Positions 63,771-64,000 of a stretch of 64,000 nucleotides of DNA are shown piece after piece. How positions within the stretch are numbered: the stretch's first letter is position 1; each line of letters starts with the position of its first letter. The notes beneath the pieces are model-generated. The model was not told the origin of the DNA. It was given only the letters and a program-made list of their open reading frames with translations, and ran no database searches. The DNA lies in assembly GCA_017499595.2 (NCBI GenBank), contig CM038998.1, positions 2,108,001 to 2,172,000 on the forward strand, written 5' to 3'. This DNA comes from Psilocybe cubensis (taxonomy: Eukaryota). Position numbers and translations under genes: made by a program.

Positions 63771-64000
63771 ATGCTGGGGTCTTCCTTTACCTTGTCTTTG
63801 GTTGGGCTTTTGTGCTTGATATCCGACGTTGCGGCAGGGTCTCCTCCGTTGGCCTCCTCGTTCGCTGGATCAACGACCAGTGCGGTGTTCCCACCTCCCA
63901 ACGCTACTATAACAGCCACAGACACATTCTTTCCGGATGCTTCGGACATTGGCTTTGCTGGTCCTACTCCAAGTAAGCTATCAAGTTGTGCATGATATTG
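63771..64000 (+). CDS. Secreted protein, probable histidine acid phosphatase/phytase (5' part only)
   Basis: Signal peptide MLGSSFTLSLVGLLCLISDVAA followed by FAGSTTSAVFPPP...FPDASDIGFAGPTP, an N-terminus I associate with basidiomycete histidine phosphatases. The catalytic RHG motif lies outside the window. Confidence 0.55.

Overview
Gene-dense, intron-rich eukaryotic DNA. Introns are mostly about 50-60 nt GT-AG, and the protein families point to an agaricomycete (mushroom-forming basidiomycete), most likely Agaricales. By hand splicing I can support about 30 protein-coding genes, mostly housekeeping: seipin (partial), an intronless unknown, a lipocalin/FABP-like protein, an LCCL membrane protein, a WW protein, TRS85, a PMP22/Mpv17 protein, YHM2, a long coiled-coil protein, a SHB17-like phosphatase, PEP3/VPS18, CGR1, a low-complexity unknown, SEC39, NIP7, a promethin/LDAF1-like protein, NRDE-2, Byr4/Bfa1, UreD, two MFS transporters, an m-AAA protease, an epoxide hydrolase, WDR8/WRAP73, a divergent RhoGAP, mitochondrial S17, prefoldin 6, gamma-glutamyltranspeptidase, a PP2C and a secreted histidine phosphatase (partial). 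I found no convincing tRNA, rRNA, transposon, CRISPR array or secondary-metabolite cluster. The most interesting signals are in gene architecture and regulation: two consecutive single-codon (3-nt) exons in YHM2; a recurring AAACGCGTCGCG (tandem MCB-like) element, one copy of which has no obvious target gene; very tight tandem spacing suggestive of polycistronic transcription; a possible in-frame splice fusion of two neighbouring genes; and a possible intron-retention switch that adds a hydrophobic tail. Family assignments come from recognising motifs, not from database searches. Outer CDS coordinates span introns.
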